Under the pieces are notes generated by a model, which saw only the letters and a program-made list of their open reading frames with translations, was not told the DNA's origin and searched no databases. A stretch of 64,000 nucleotides of DNA, from NCBI RefSeq assembly GCF_009914755.1, contig NC_060928.1; one strand, written 5' to 3'. Position numbers and translations under genes: made by a program. Origin of the DNA: the human T2T-CHM13v2.0 reference genome, Homo sapiens. Positions 61,740 to 64,000 of the stretch are shown here, one piece after another (position 1 is the first letter of the stretch; each line of letters begins with the position of its first letter).

Positions 61740-62410
61740 TCTTGTTTGGATAAGCTTCTTACTGGGTTTGTCTGCCCACAAATTCACCCATTCTTTACAG
61801 TGAAGCCAGAATGATGTTTGTAAAACATAATTCATTCAGGAGACTGCCCTCCTCAGAAAACTTCAATGGCTCTCCCTTGTGTAGAGAATTATGTTTCAAT
61901 GCCCTTGGAATTAAATGCCTTCCAAAGTCCAACACCAGCCTACCTTTCCTATCTCAGCACCTTCAATCTATGTATATGCCCCATGTTCCAACCTCACCTG
62001 ACCATAGCAGAAGATGCCATGCATTTTCCAGCCTCCGTATTATGTTCATTCTGTTTCTGAAATCTAGATGTCCCTTCTCCCCATTCTTCAACTATCAAAA
62101 TACAACTCATCTTCTAAGACCCGAATTAAGTTTTACCTCATTATGAAACCATCTCAGAGGTTCTCCAGGTAGAATTAATTATTCCCTTTCTGGGTTCCCG
62201 TGTACTATATATTGCTAATAAATACCTATTTTCTATGTATTTCTATAATGCTTGATTGTTTCAATGTATGTTTTTGCTACTGGCCCAGAAGCTTCTTGTA
62301 AGTGAGGATCAGAAATGTACTATTTATATTTGTTTTCTTCACAGTATTGAGCCCAGGATCTTGCACTGAATGGGAGATCAATAAATAATGGATGAATGAA
62401 TGAATGGCAT
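61740..62410 (+). mobile_element. L2 3' portion
   Basis: gccagaatgatgttt...aacttcaatggctc...tcaataaat...gaatgaatgaatg. Confidence 0.7.
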
Positions 62411-62614
62411 AAAGTAGGCAATGAACCATCAGCAGCTTCTTAAATGGAGTGAAACACTTAGAAGTTTAAGAATTGGAAAACTTATCTCAGCCCCTTCAAA
62501 GCCAAGAGAGCAAATAGATGAGCTTAGGTGACAATAGACATTTTAAGGGAAAAGCTTCTCCTGGTAAAGATAATGGCTCATCCTTATGACCGGGCCCCTC
62601 AAATATTTTTTCCT

Positions 62615-64000
62615 CTTTTTTAAAGTTTAATTTTATTTTTAATTTATCAATAATAATTGTATCTATTTCTGGGGTAAAATGTGATGTTTTCATACATGAG
62701 TACATTAAGGAATGATCAAATCAGGCTAAATAACATAGCCATCAACCTCAAATATTTATCATTTCTTTGTGGTGAGAATATTTAAAATCCATTCTTTTAA
62801 CTATTTTGAAATACACAATACAGTATTGTTAACTATACTCACCATGCTGTGTAATAGATCACTAAAACCTATGCCTCCTGTCTAACTGAAACTTGGTACC
62901 CTTTGACCAACATCTCTCATTTCCCTGTCCATGCCACCTGTCACCCCCACCCCCAGCCCCTGGTAACCACCATTCTAATCTCTACTTCTGTAAGTTCAAC
63001 TTTCTTGGATTCCACATATAAGTGAGATCATGCAGTATTTGTTTCTCTGTGCCTGGCTTATTTCACTCAGCATAACGTCCATCCGTGTTGTTGCTAATGG
63101 CAGAATTTCCTACATTTTAAAGGCTGGATAGTATCCCACATTGTATATAAACCACATTTTTAAAATCTATTCATCTGTTGATGGGTACCTTGGTTATTTC
63201 CATATCTTAGCTACTGTGAACAATGCTGCAATGAACACAGGAGTACAGACATCTCTTCAAAATACTGATTTCAATTCCTTTGGAAATATATTCAGAAGTG
63301 GAATTGCTAGGTCATATGATAGTTCTATTTTTAGTTTCTTGAAGAAGCTCCACACTGTTTTACAAAATAACAATACTGCTTTACAATACCACCAACAGTG
63401 TATAAAGGTTCCCTTTCTCCACTTCCTTGCCAACATTTGTTAGCTTTCATCCTTTTTATAATAGCCAATCTAACATGTATGAGGTGATATCTCATTGTGG
63501 TTTTAATTTGCATTTTTCCAGTGACTGGAGATATTGAGCATTTTTTCATATATTTGATGCCCATTTGTGTGTTTGTATGCCTCCTTTTGAGAAATGTCTA
63601 CTCAGGTCCTTTGCTCTTTTCTTTTTGTTTTTCTTTTTTTTCTTTTTTTTGATATGGGGTCTTGCTCTGTCACCCAGGCTGGAGTGCAGTGGTGTAATCA
63701 TAGCTCACTGTAGCCTCAAACTCCTAGGCTAAAGCCATCCTTCTGCCACAGCCTCCCAAGTAGCTGGGACTACAGGCATGTGCCACGACTTCTGGCTAAT
63801 TTTTGTGTTTTTTGGTAGTGACAGGGTCTCATTATGTTGACCAGCTGGTCTCGAACCCCTGGCCTCAAACAATCCTCCCACCTCAGCCTCCCAAAGTGCT
63901 GGGATTACAGACATGAACCACCTTGCCTGGCCTTTTGCCCATTTTTTTAATAGGGTTTTTTTTTCCTTGCTATTAATTAGTTTGAGTTCCTTATATATTT
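62615..64000 (-). mobile_element. L1MA 3' region (runs off the window)
   Basis: Reverse L1MA 3'UTR and ORF2 end ([11 protein letters not shown] in ORF 63331-63564). Confidence 0.88.
63618..63931 (-). mobile_element. AluJ nested in L1MA
   Basis: Reverse Alu with J-type diagnostics. Confidence 0.88.

Overview
Primate (human-like) genomic DNA with no intact protein-coding gene. It is dominated by interspersed repeats: two full-length and several truncated L1PA elements, a large old L1M with nested insertions, about 15 Alus, MIR/L2/L3, MaLR and MLT2 LTRs, and the DNA transposons MER33, MER5A and Ricksha. It also holds a 7SL RNA retrocopy and a METTL5 processed pseudogene. Almost all supplied ORFs are L1/Alu-derived or spurious. 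The main observation is a chain of minus-strand exon-like segments in the unique sequence between the repeats (about 41.6, 39.2, 38.5, 37.8 and 23.1 kb, possibly also 50.5, 19.3, 18.2 and 9.5 kb). Their translations and intron phases resemble a heavily decayed, intron-containing AID/APOBEC-family deaminase gene with at least two domains, for example ...MLYS|FFHEVCWKQFVD...NEYWTNGLREIML. This rests on by-eye comparison with remembered AID/APOBEC sequences and needs a profile search to confirm. The L1s also carry several template-switch or fold-back scars, and there is a near-consensus CTCF motif at 20.9 kb. Repeat subfamily names and most repeat boundaries are approximate.
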